From assembly GCA_018398765.1 (NCBI GenBank), contig JAHBMJ010000292.1:1-51215 (forward strand): a stretch of DNA of 51,215 nucleotides, in the 5' to 3' direction. Source of the DNA: Chromera velia (Eukaryota). A program made the translations under genes and the position numbers. The number at the start of each line of letters is the position of its first letter. Within the stretch, counting starts at the first letter, position 1. Positions 1 through 11,939 of the stretch are shown here, piece by piece. The notes below the pieces were generated by a model, which saw only the letters and a list, made by a program, of their open reading frames with translations, did no database searches and was not told the origin of the DNA.

Positions 1-102
1 CCCCCCCCCCCCCCTCATGCACTTCCACTGAGTCACCCCTCCCCTCCCTCAGACAAAAACCACGAGACACGAAAAAAGAGGCAGGCAAAGGGAGAGAGGA
101 TC

Positions 103-3100
103 TCAAGAAGAGAGAAAGGGTAGGTCCACCATCTCCCCCCCCTCCCCTCCGTCTCCTTCACCCTCTCCCATGGGGCCGCCCACCTCCTCTCGCGCTTCCA
201 CTGGCACCCCCCCGATCTCCACCCCATGATGGTCTCCTGTCTGATGGGGATCTCCCTCAACTCCCCCATGCAACTCTTCATGTCCATGATCCTCATGTTC
301 ATGCACTCCCACCACACCCCCCAGTCCTTCTTCGCCGATATCTCCCGGAAAGACGGGGTGGTCAATCGCTGCTGCTGCGGCTGCCGCCCCGGTGCCATGA
401 GCAGGGGGCACGTTGACGTCGACGCCCTCTGCGAGTTCGGCGTCTTCCGGAGGGACCTCGGGCATGTCCACGTCCATGGGCTCTGGATGCTCAACAGCAG
501 TTGCACAACACAAACAAAACCATGAGACCAGATGGAGCAAGAATGCAGGAGTAAACCACACAACCAAGCAAGCACGATTGTGCCTGCCATCCCAGCTGCG
601 GAGGCCAATCGATGTGCCATCCATCCGTGCTGTCTTCATGACTCTCGATCGAACAGCGTATCAAAACTGCATACTATGTGATCCAAGTCCGTTGCAAGAT
701 TCTGCAGGGCGCTGTCTCGTGTAACCATGAAATCGAGTCGCTGCCTGCCCACACACCGTACGAATCCTGTCCACTACTTTTTCTTCTCGGATTCTGGCCT
801 TCACGTCAGCACCCGACTGTCTTTCATCCTTTCTCGTTGCGTGAGCCCAGCGAGACATGCAGGCAGGCAGACAAAAAGGCTGAAAAAGCGGGTAGGCAGT
901 CAGGAGGGCATGCTGCGTTCACTCACTCACGCACCTGCGGCCTGTTCCCCTACTTCTCGAGCCTTCTTTGGCCTCCCGCGCTTCACTGAAGCGCCACTCG
1001 CAGTAGAGTCCCTCCTGCACGCGCTACACGAATTTTGGGGGGAGCAAAGGCCAGCAAAACAAAGACGGTCAGGAACAAGGAGACGCACGCATGGCCATGG
1101 CAGGAAGGCACACGAACGCACGCGCGCGCGCGCAGAGAGAGAGAGAAAGACACACACACACACACACACAGAGAGAGAGAGACAAAGAAAGAGACTGTGC
1201 ACCTGTCGCTACATTCTCAGATCTGTAATCAAAGCACAGCATCCAAAGGGCTTTTCACAAATGGGGTACACTTGGAGAGAGAACGCCTTCACCCTTGAAA
1301 GAAGAATTCTGTTCGTCCATCCATGCTTCCCTCGTTCGTTCATTCATTCTTTCTTTCATCGTTCGGTTCGCTCTGTTGGTCTCGTTCTCTCTGTCTGACC
1401 GAGATTGGTTGCTCGGCTTGAAGGATTCGGAACAAAAGAAAGCGAACAAAAAGAATGAAGAAGAAAGGCAATGCGATCATTCAACCTGTTTTGTTTTGTT
1501 TTGTGTGGAGACTTTGACTTTCTTGTGAGACACTCAAGAAGCTGTGCTCTTTCATTTTTTGTTTCTTTTTTTTCGGCTTTTTTTTATTGTTACTGAAAGA
1601 ATTGAAGCATTAGACCTCCCTCTATGCAAAACAGAAAACAACCGGAGGGAGCACAGACGACGCAGAAAAAAGCAAGATAAACAAAAAGAGCTAGCTGTCT
1701 CTCTCAATTCAATTACCTTCTCGGGACAGACGGATCCATAGAGCGTCCCCACTTCCCCGGACCCAAACCAATTTCGAAGTTCTTTGCCGCTGCCTGAGCA
1801 GCAGCCAGGGCATAGATCGGTCGGCAGACGAGACACTTGTTCTTCTGCTTGCCGTGGTCGCATAGACCCTTACCACCCGTCCCGATGTTTGCACAGTCCT
1901 TACAGTAGTAGCGACGTCGGTTGTGGATACAGACGGGGGCACAGTGGGGGCATTCTTTTCGGAGCACGTCGTGGATGCAGTGGAAGGGTTTGTGATTAGG
2001 CCTAGCTTCCTCGTCCTCCAAGTCTTCTCTCTCATCCCCCTCTGCGCCATCCCCCCGTTGTGCGACACTGACTCTCTTGGGCTTCTTCTTTCGTCTTTCT
2101 CCCCCTCCTTCGCCCAACAACTCAGGCACGGGGAGACCCTGCTCTATTCTGCACTCTCTGCATTTGTTCTTTGCACGACCGTGGGGACAAACGCCCTTCC
2201 CCCCACACTCCCTACAGTAATACTTCATTTTATTGTGTGGACAACGGCTGCCATCCGAACAGATCGCACAATTCCATTTCACCTTGCTGTGCATACAGAT
2301 CGCACTACCTCCACACTGCCGACACCGACGCTGCTCTCTGCCATGCTCACACACAAACTTGCCAAACTTATTTTTCTTCAGAGGTTCTCCTGTGGAGGAA
2401 ACGCCTGTGTTGCGTCTCTTCCCCCCACCCCCAGGCTTCCCTCCTCCATTGTGTACGGGGGACACGACTGGGCCCTCAGGCTCCTCCTGCCCCCCCATGT
2501 TCTGCTGGTGGATGCCGGGGCCCTCCTCCACCCCCTCTTCATCAATGCGGGGGTGCATTCCAGAATCTTCTTCAACTCCTGGAGAAACCGGAAGGCCGTC
2601 TCTCTGACGTGCCTTGGCGGCGGCCTTGGGTCCTCGAGAAGACCGCGGGCCCCCTGCAGAACCGGAACAGGCAAACAAAAACAGAAAAGTACCAGAAGCA
2701 CAAAAGGGCTTTCGTTTTTAGTCATGCACGAAACTTGGCAGGCACCTTCAGCTTTCTGTCTTAAATTCCTCTGTCACTGCACCCGCTTGAAAGAAAATTC
2801 CCTCCCCTCACACCAGCACACATATCGCTGAACAGGTTTGTAAGAGGGGCAGGATGGGCAAAGCTTTAGAAAGTTCAGCCTGCACTGTTTGTTGAATGAC
2901 AGTCAGTCCACTTCAGTGTGTTCGGATATGTAGACCGGAGTTCTGGCGGCCTGCCTCTCGCATGCTCTCTTTTCTCATCATATCGTCTTGCATTTTCTTT
3001 TCTGACCTCCTTGGCTGGCTCTTGGCATCCTCTGTTTGGCTTTTGGAGCTGGAGCTGCAGGCAGGTCACAGGAGTGAAGACAAAGCAAAAACAATGGATG

Positions 3101-4012
3101 CACTGGGTTCTTTTCTTTTTTTTTGTTTCTGTTCGTATCGAAATTCACCCAGGCGTTCTGGGAGGATCAAGACCATCGAGACCTTCTGGAACACAAGCTT
3201 GAAAACTGCCTCCTGCCGTGTCTCTCTCGGCAGTCATGAAGAAGCAGCACGAGTGACGTTCACAGAGAGAAATTAGTACTTGTCTGTTTTTTCACACTTA
3301 CTCAATTTTCTTGTTTGTCCTGCTTTCCCCCTCTCAGCAAATGTGGGGCGAGGGAAGGCTACTTGGTTCTGCAACCCGGGGCGAGCAGACGGACAGAGAC
3401 CGGAAGCGCAAGACGGTCGGCAGGCGGGCTTTTTGCTCCTCACCTGCAAACACTTCCTGAGATGGGACCCCGAAGCCAGCAGGCGCCTGTTCTTGTTGCG
3501 AACGTGCATACCCCCTCTGTGCTGGGACCTGGTGGTTGTTCCTTGCCACCGGCATGGGCAGCGGTTGCAGGGGGGCGTGTTGCTGGAAGGATGCTTGCTG
3601 AGCAGCTGCCTGTTGCGCGGCAAGAGCAAGGATGAGGGGTTCATCCAGCTGTTGCTGGTGTGCGATCTCATCGGGCGAGAAGTCGAAAAGGCCCATCAGA
3701 GCATGGACGAGAGAAATGTCCATACCAAGTTCGTACAACCCCGCACGATGCATCACCTGATGGCGCAACGACTCCATCCTGCACAGAAGACAGCAACAGA
3801 CTGATAAGAACCGAGAGAAGAGTGAAGGTTTCGCACGAAGACATAAAAACAGCAAGAGCAATACAGAAGTGGAAACGCAAGCAAGACACAGTGTGCAGTG
3901 CGGCTGACGTTGTCACTCCCTTCTCTTGAAGTTTAGACCACCACCGGACGAATTGAGCGTTGGCATCATCAGGAAAAGCAGAAATGACTGCTCTTCCCAG
4001 AATGTCGTCCAT
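103..4012 (-). CDS. Zinc-finger protein A (~614 aa): SAM-like N-terminus, 7 C-x-H-x6-C-x2-C fingers, AT-hook, His/acidic tail. Exons 4012-3909, 3778-3444, 2653-1717, 1023-935, 482-103
   Basis: All joins are GT-AG and phase-consistent (2,1,2,1). Exons 1-2 (MDDILGRAVISAFPDDANAQFVRWWSKLQEKGVTTMESLRHQ...GLYELGMDISLVHALM) align with the + strand paralog. KRGRPKK lies in exon 4. Small extra exons in 2654-3443, or a further splice at 130, cannot be excluded. Confidence 0.8.
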
Positions 4013-4476
4013 GATGTCGAAAGTGTCTGGTCCTTTATCGGCTGTCAATCAAGTGTTTCTTTGGTGGTGACAGACACACAGTTGTCAACACACAAAGAAA
4101 GAGGAGGTCGCGCAGTATTAATATGTTGCAAGAGATGCAAGAGACACAGAATGCTCGATGGCTGCCCTACAAGAAAAAACGGATCTTGACGAGGATGGAC
4201 GAACAGAAAGATGAAGGCACAACAGATTTTTCTCCAACACCGACAAGACCACGCGTGGTCCTAAACCACTGCAGAAACTTTGTGCAATCTCTTTGCGTAT
4301 GCCCAAAGCCTCTTCTGATGCCCTATTTGCCAAACGAGAGAACAGAAAACACACTGATGTTGTTGTATAAGGGAAGGGGCCTCAAAAGTTCGCATCTCCC
4401 TTCTTTTACCTTTCACAACAGTTTGCGGTCGAAAGAGGCCCCAGAGACAGAATTGACATCCCACAAATTCTCGACG

Positions 4477-4645
4477 GTCCGTGAAAGCGAAAACGGGTTT
4501 GCCCGGGGCTTTCCGGGACAGGCCAAAATGCGTGACGACCACGATGACACGAAGGGCCGAAAAAGGTGTCCGTGAAAGCGAAAAAAGGGTCCCGACACCT
4601 AAACTTGGACTTTCCGGGGCCCGCTGCGTCTGACAACCACGATGA
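4477..4645. promoter_or_regulatory. Degenerate ~91-bp direct repeat in the middle of the bidirectional promoter of the two zinc-finger genes
   Basis: GTCCGTGAAAGCGAAAA at 4477 and 4568. Each copy is followed in the same order by GGGT, CTTTCCGGG, TGCGT and ACCACGATGA. Confidence 0.55.
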
Positions 4646-5054
4646 TCAGAAGTCGTTTCTACTGGCCCACTTTCGTGTGGACACGTTCCTCAATGGAGCA
4701 CCACCACAGAAAGAGGATGCCACCACAGCTTTCGTTCAGTCTGTAAATACTTGTTTTTCTCTGTGATACGTTTTGCTTTTTTCACCTGTTCATCTGCTGA
4801 CACAAGCGTGATCAAACAAAGCAGAAAAGGTGCCGTATAGTTCAAACCAAAGAGTTTTTCCCTGGAGTGTCTCTTATCTTGCTCTCAACCTTGTAGTAGA
4901 GATTCTTTCTTTGATTTGTACATGTCAGAACTACAAAGAAACGCCCTCCAACTGTTGTTCTCGTCCTTTTGATCGAATTTCTCGCCCAGCAGCACTTCAT
5001 TCTTTCCGAAAGATCTCCTCTGCGTTGTAAAACAGTTGACTTCAATTGTAAAGG

Positions 5055-6801
5055 ATGGACGAAATCCTCAACAGAGCTGTTTGTGATGTGTTCCCGACTG
5101 GTGGGAATGTACAGTTCGGAGCGTGGTGGTCCAAACTCCAAGAGAATGGCGTTACGACGTGAGTCACCCAGCTCAGATAGCAGGGGAGAATGCGATTCGC
5201 CAGATGCACACGTGTCTCGATGAGTTGAATGAGTGTTCATCAGTTGATCACGTCTCTTTTGGGGAACTTTCAATGTTGCATCAGGTTGTTGCCTTTGTGT
5301 TTTCTGTGATCGATACGCGTCTTCTTCGCTTAATCAAGTCCAAGGCTGCCTTGTTTGATTCGTTGAAGGCACTGATGGGGCCCTTGCTCTTCTGGATTCA
5401 GAAACTGCGTTGCTCTGACCGCACAAGTCTGTAACTCTTTCGATTCCTTCTCTATCCTTTCAGTGATCTCCCCTGTCCCTTCGGTGTCTTTCTTTGTTCA
5501 CGTTTTGCTTTGCTCCGTTTTTTTCTGCTCCTCTTCTCTCTTCACAGGATCGAAATGCTCCGGGAGCAGGTCAAGAACAGAGGCCTCTACGCATTGGGAA
5601 TGGACATGTCCCTGATGCACTCGCTGATGAATCAGTTTGACTTCACTTCAGACGAACTAGCAGAGCAGCAGCAGATCGATGAAGCAGTCTCAGCAGCTGC
5701 CGCAGAGCACTACCAGCACCAGCAAAGCCAGATGGCTCCCCCTCCCTCGCCGCCCCATGTGGATTCTTCCCATCTCATGGGGCTTGCCCCCCCACTTCCA
5801 CCACATCATTCCCACACATTTGCCTTTGCACAGCCACCCCCGCATCCCTACCATCCTCCGCTGGTGCCCCCTCATCCCCCACAACCCCCTCCGCAGCCTC
5901 CAATGGCTCAACCACCACCCCCTCCCCCCCACCCCCCGAGCGTCCCTCCTCTCCCCCCCAGGTCCCCTCAACATGCAGATCACGGCCCCCCGATGCCCCC
6001 AGACCCCCACGTGCAGGCCCACGTGGAGCATCTCTACCCTCCAGATCCCGACGTTGGTGTAGGTGTAGGTGTAGATATGGGTGCAGGTGTAGATGTGGGG
6101 GTCGGTGTGGGTGTGGGGGTTGGAGTGGGTGTTGATATGAATATGGTGGATGTGGGGGGTGGTGAGGATGTAGCTGCTTCACTGGAAGCAATTCACCAAG
6201 CCCAGCACCACGCAGGAGACACGGGGGAGTTTTTCCTTCCTCCCGAGGATGACCCGGAAGACGAAGAAGACTATGACTACTCCTCTGACGACGCCGACGA
6301 TGGAATGGGGGCCCTGCAGGGACTCTCCCTGGATGCAGGGGGGCATGCCGGGGCCCTTGATGCCTCTGCAGCCGCAGCCGCGGGGTTTCTGGATGGGGGG
6401 CACGCGGGGTTGGACCTGGAGGGGGACATTGGGGGGAAGGCAGATGGTGCTGCAGCAGCCGCTGCGGGAGGGGGGGTTCAACACGCAGCCCTGCAACTCG
6501 TGGCTGGTCGGTCCCTGCCTGCCAATTTTTTGTTTTTCTTTCGATTTCTTCGAGAATCGTTCCTCATCTAATCTCAGCTGCTTTCTTTGTTTTCTCTTGG
6601 CCTTCGTCCTTCGCTCTCCCTGGCTTCTCTGCTGCCTGTAAGCCGGGCTGCCGTTCTGTTCTCCCCATTTTTTTGTGTCGCTTTTCAGCCGCCTCCACTC
6701 TTTTCCTCCTGATCCTTGCCTTCAGCCTCTCTTGCTTTCTTTCTTTCTTTCTTGTTCTGTTTTTGCCAACTCTTTTCCTCGTGATCCTTGCCTTCAGTCT
6801 C

Positions 6802-6844
<43 letters not shown>

Positions 6845-6847
6845 CTC

Positions 6848-6892
<45 letters not shown>

Positions 6893-9031
6893 TTTGTTTC
6901 TTTCTTGCTCTGTGTTTGCCAACGTCCCTCTGCTACTTCCTCTGTCTGCCTTGCAGGAATGGCCCTACGGGAGCGCCGCCGTGCTGCAAGACAGACTATG
7001 TGCAACCACAACCTCCGCCGTCTTCGTTGCAAGGAGTGTCGTAGTCTGCCGTGTGATCATGGTTTTGAGTGGCGTATGTGTCGTGAGTGCAGTGGCGTCC
7101 GTCTCTGTGAACACGGGAAGCGGGTGGGACGCTGCAAGGAGTGCGGGGGGGGTGAACTGTGCCTTCATGGAAGGCAGCGATACTATTGCAAAGAATGTGG
7201 GGGAGGGGGCATATGTGAGCACGGTATTCAGCGGAATAAGTGCAAGGTCTGTAAGGGGGCGCGACAGTTGCGCTTCGCCCCTGAGCTTGCTTTAGAGCTA
7301 CCGAAGCCGAGAAGAGGTCGTCCCAAAAAGCCACCGGGGGAGGGGGCAGTGGAGGTTGATTCAGATGCCCCTCGAAACAGGGCGGGGAAAGTCATTTGTC
7401 CTCACGGGAAGGAACAGCGGAGGTGCCGGGATTGTGGGGGGACGGCAATCTGCATTCACGCCAAAGTGAAATGGAATTGTGCAGAATGCAGCAGGGCAGG
7501 GAAATGCCCTCACGGCAAGGCGAAGTATTTTTGTGCAATTTGTGGGGGGAAGGGAGTGTGTGAACACGGAAAAGCAAAGACAAGGTGTAAGGAGTGTAAG
7601 GCAGCTGTCGGGGAGGCGCTGCCTCTATTGGATGGGGAGAGCGGGAAAAAGAGAAAGAACCCGGGTGCTCCCCCGGGCGAGGAGGGAGAAGGGCCGGAGG
7701 GGTTGGGGGACAGCCAGGCATCCTTATCAGCCAGCAAGGCCAAAAGGATTTCGGCTGTCATATGTGAACACGGGAAAGATCGTCGACGTTGCACAGAGTG
7801 CGATCCCCCTGGATCTGCAATTTGTGAGCATCGTCGACGTCGGTATTATTGCAAGGAGTGTGGGGGGAAGGGTTTGTGTGAGCACGGCAAGCAACGCAAC
7901 AAGTGCCACACGTGCAGGCCTGTTTTCGCACTGGCCGCTTCTCAGGAGGCAGAGCTCAAGGCAGCCCTCGCGGTTGCAAGGGGTAAAAACCCCCCACGTG
8001 TCCGTCGTACGATTGACCCAGCGGTCCCTCGCTCGAAGTTCAAAATGATCCCTTGTGAGCACGGGAGGGAGAGACGGAGGTGTCGAGACTGTGGGGGGCG
8101 GGACATTTGCATCCATCAGAAAGTTCGTTATAACTGCAAAGAGTGCGGAGCAGGGACGAATCTGTGTGAGCACGGTAAGCAGAAGTACAGGTGTAAAGAG
8201 TGTGGAGGGAGGGGTGTGTGTGAGCACGGGACCCTTCGGTATTCTTGCAAAAAATGTGGGGGGAGGGGAATTTGCCCTCACGGCAAGCCCAAGTGGCGAT
8301 GTCTTGATTGTGGAGGGAAGGGGGTGTGCGAGCACGGCCGTATGAAAAGCAAGTGCATCCCCTGCGGTGCACCCCTTTGTCGGCACGCCAAACGTCTAGA
8401 TCTCTGTCCGGACTGCAGCGGAAAGCCCAGAAAGCCCAGCAGACGATCGAAGCAGCCAGAAGCCATGTTGCCTGTTGACATGGCAGCTGCGCTCAATGCT
8501 GCCGCTGCAGCAGCCGCAGGAGTTTCAGGTGCGCTGGACGCACACGCAGTTGCTGCAGCTGCTGCTGCCCCCCCCGACGCCTCAGACTACCCCCCACTTG
8601 TAGAAGAAATGCATCACCTTCACCACCACCACCAGCATCAGCATCAGCACGCACACCAGCACCACCACGCAGACCATTCCCATCACTACCAACACCACCA
8701 CCAGTCCCAGATGCACCCCCATGAGCATCAAATGGTCCACTCAGGGGCTCTGTACACAGACGCTCACGGGCACACCCACACTATGGATGTGCACGGACAC
8801 CTTCACATGATCGACGCCTCACAGGCAGACGCCCACTTGATGGCCATGCACGCAGCAGGTGGGGGCGATGGGGGCCACGCACACGGCCACCACCAGGGGG
8901 GAGTGGTGGATGGGCGTCCCGGAGATGGGATGGACGTCCATCATGGGGGGGTGCCGGTGGAGGACGGGGACAACCCCCCTCCCCCCGACTTTTCGGTGCC
9001 TGATGGGGCGCACTACGGGGGGACGTATTGA
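5055..9031 (+). CDS. Zinc-finger protein B (~1045 aa): SAM-like N-terminus, Pro/His-rich and acidic regions, 19 C-x-H-x6-C-x2-C fingers in clusters of 5+4+3+7, AT-hook, His-rich C-terminus. Exons 5055-5158, 5548-6506, 6957-9031
   Basis: ATG 5055 (MDEILNRAVCDVFPTGGNVQFGAWWSKLQENGVT). Splice sites ac|GTGAGT, cacAG|, g|GTCGGT and tgcAG|. Total 3138 nt in frame. Repeats such as CEHGKQKYRCKECGGRGV; AT-hook PRRGRPKK. Confidence 0.88.
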
Positions 9032-9874
9032 TTTGATTGAGGCCTCTGTCTGTCTGTTTGTGCTTCTGGCTGGGTGTGTGAGAGAGAGTGTGGTTGGGTG
9101 CTTGGAGGAGAGGGGGAGTGGACTGCATGGCCCTCGGAGAGAGCAGAAAGACGAAATCAGGAGGGAAGCAAGGAAGGATGGAGGGAGAAGGAATCATGAC
9201 CCAACGAAGTTTCAGTCAAGGCGTTCCGTCGCCTTCCTTTCCCTCTATGGTCCTTGCAGCTTTTGTTGCTGTTGTCGGAAGAAACAACGAATTAAGGGGA
9301 TTCTTTTTCGTTCTCCCTCCGTTCGGTCATTCTTTCTTGAACTGTCTGAATGCAGTATTTTAATTGCGCAATGATTGTTGTACTATTTTTAGTTAGTTGC
9401 ACTACTTTCAGCTGCATTGCCTCGTTCATCGATATGCTTCCCTTCGTTCTCTAACTTTTTTGCGAATGACTCTTGTTAAGTTCCTTGTTTTTCCCCTTTT
9501 CACTGTGATAAATTATTCGTCTTTCAAACTTTTTCTCGCTTCACTGCTGGGCTTTTCAAGGACCAACTGCTGGAGCTGTCAGTTGAAACCTTTTCTCAGT
9601 CTTCCCCTGCCTAAGTTAAAAAAAAGGCATAAGGTCGACAGAAGCTAGGACAGAAGTCTAAGCAGCTCTCTGTCCGTGCTCTACCGTCTCCCTTTTCTCC
9701 TTCTTGCCTCCGTCTACTATTGGAACTAGTATTAGAAGTTCTCGGCACAGAGATTGATTTCCTCGAACTCTGCCTGCTAGTCTGCCTGGGTTATAAATTA
9801 TAATGTGATTAAGTGATAAGTGATTCATTGGTGCCCTTGAAATTCATTTATACCTAGATTTATACAATCAATAT

Positions 9875-10211
9875 TGTTATGAACCACCCTGGTTCATACC
9901 TAACGTCTGGCTTGTGTATGCTTGTGTGCGTTGCGGGTCAGCCTCATACCTTGCGGTGCAACCAGTGCGCCGCCCCTGCAGTGCTTGTCAGTCGGCCCTG
10001 GATGGCATGCATGCGGGCCTATCGCATTCATTGGCATGCAGCGACTGATCGATTGATGTGTATCCTCACACCCAAAGAATGTGATCGTTGTCTTTATCTG
10101 GTGATTGTACTTGGTACTGGACTGACATTCCTCCTAACTGATGGAGTCCAACGTACGTGAATCTGTCCGCTAAGCCCACTAGTCGATCATACACCAACAT
10201 GGTTCTTATTA
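9875..10211 (+). repeat. 5' LTR
   Basis: Starts TGTTATGAACCA and ends TGGTTCTTATTA (imperfect terminal inverted repeat). Internal hairpin TATGAACCA-CCC-TGGTTCATA. Confidence 0.92.
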
Positions 10212-10228
10212 TGGTAGCAGTCCTGGTT
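10212..10228 (+). other. Primer-binding site, likely initiator tRNA-Met
   Basis: TGGTAGCAG is complementary to the ...CUGCUACCA 3' end typical of eukaryotic tRNAi-Met and abuts the LTR. Confidence 0.75.
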
Positions 10229-10457
10229 ATGTGGGCATGACAGAAGGACTCTATAGGAGGTAACATGATTAAGCAGTCAGAGTTGTGTGCCCGATTTGCA
10301 GTACAGCTGAGCCGCGTCCTGAAGGCCCGTTGTTTCTTATCGGTGCATCTTCCATTGCTTCGCTCTCGGGTACTCTCTTCTTATCTCTTGGGCACTCGGC
10401 CATTTTAATTTGATCCTCTGACTTTTTCCCGTCTCCTTTGAAATTTCCTTCAAGAAA

Positions 10458-11939
10458 ATGACTTCCGTTCTTCCTCGCGTTCTGGCGTCTGTAGGAAATC
10501 TACAGCAGGCCTGTGCGTTGGTCCTGCTCTCTCTGGTGACCGTGTGTGAGAGGATGTTCTTGGACCTCCTCCGTGCGGCTGAAGAATTTTTGAACGTCTT
10601 GCAGAAGACTTCTTTTGTGGCCCGCTCTAGTGTCGAGACGAAAATAAAACCAAAAAAGACCCGCCGGGGAAAACGGCGTTCCCATGCCCCATCCTCTTCC
10701 ACTATTGAAGACGTCTGTGTTGCAGAAGCAGTTGGGGATGTGAAGGGCGAGACTGCAGATGCAGATGGGGGTGATAAAGATAAGACTACCCTTCCCCCCT
10801 ACGTTGATCCTCTGTGTTTGACATCCGCCCCCCCACACAGACTCCAGTCCCCAGCTCCTGCCCAAGTTGGTACAGAATCTCCTTCCACCGTTGGTGAGGT
10901 CAAGGTGATGCCTTCTCTTCCTTCTGTTAAACTTTCTTCCTCTGACGCTGCGTGTGAGCAGCCCCCAGCAACCGAGAACGGAGGTAGCCGTGGCTCTGCC
11001 CCTACCCCGTCTCTCAGCCCTGTACGTTCCCCTGTCCGGTGTGACAGCGTGGCAGGACAGCCATCTCCTGTACCTCGGGAGGCGACTGAGGTGAAAGAAG
11101 AGGTGCCCTCACGCATGAAGGAGCATCCTGTCTTCCCCCCCTCCTAGCAAAGTACCCCTCTTCCCCTCTAAGGGGAATCGAAGGAAAAGAAAAAGAAGGC
11201 GCGTGCTGGAGCGTGTCATCGTGCACGTAGTCGAACATGCGTGCCAGAAGAAATCTAGCCAGAGGTAAGCATCCCTGCCTCCCTAGCTGCCTCCTCTTCC
11301 AGCCCCGACGCAAGTCACCCAAATGCAGGGGCCCCATTCGATCCTTCGCCATGCGAAGACGTCCCTCGTTGTATCCGATCTGATGACCAGCCTGAAGCCA
11401 TCTCCCCTATTGCAGTTGATGAAGATGGAGAGGGACTTCACTGTTCTGCCGTCTCTGCTACACCCGCAACCGCTTGTCAATCCAAATTGCAAGCTTCTCC
11501 TAGTCCTTCCAATCCAAATGACCAGGTGGACCCACCAGTGCCACTAGCACAGTCATCTGCAGCCATGACTGAGAGTGCGTTTGTTTCCCCGTCTCCGACC
11601 GCTCAGGTGAGAGACGAGAGCCGTGCCCCCTTCCCAGCCACCCAACAGATTGTGCCTAAGCCTATCAGCAGCACAGCGTTGCCTCCCTCTTCTTCTGCCA
11701 CGTGCATTCCAAAATGGCAGAAGAAAGCAGAAAAGCAATAAGCTCACAAGGCGAAGAAGAAAGGGGGTGTAGATAAACTACACTGGTGGCAATTCCGAAG
11801 TAACCCCACCGGTTGTGTCACCTCTGCATCTCCGACAGAGGATGTCCCCAAGCAACATGAAGAAACAACAGAGACCCCGAATGCCCCTCTACCTCAACCT
11901 GGAGGTCCCCCAATCCAAGAGTCAGACGACCAGTACTGA
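10458..11939 (+). pseudogene. Cargo ORF of the LTR element (~490 codons, Pro/Ser-rich, hydrophobic N-terminus) interrupted by 4 in-frame stops
   Basis: ORFs 10458-11147 and 11487-11741 are in the same frame. That frame is open to TGA 11937 except TAG 11145, TAA 11169, TAG 11256 and TAA 11739. Confidence 0.75.

Noticed and set aside
1923..2831. 302-aa + strand ORF (also 7727-8386, 34222-35022, 45588-46175)
   Set aside because: Antisense shadows of well-supported coding exons.
3007..3054. Possible 48-nt frame-preserving micro-exon in zinc-finger gene A
   Set aside because: It has AG/GT borders but no homology support, and the model is in phase without it.
9879..10160. Duplicated 93-96 aa ORF (also 12755-13045)
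   Set aside because: It lies wholly within the LTRs; the duplication is explained by LTR structure and there is no protein motif.
10458..11939. Alternative genetic code (TAA/TAG = Gln) as the explanation for in-frame stops
   Set aside because: Long host exons contain no internal TAA/TAG, and FAN1, the RNASEK-like and the DUF2306-like genes end in TAG/TAA. The stops are confined to repeats.
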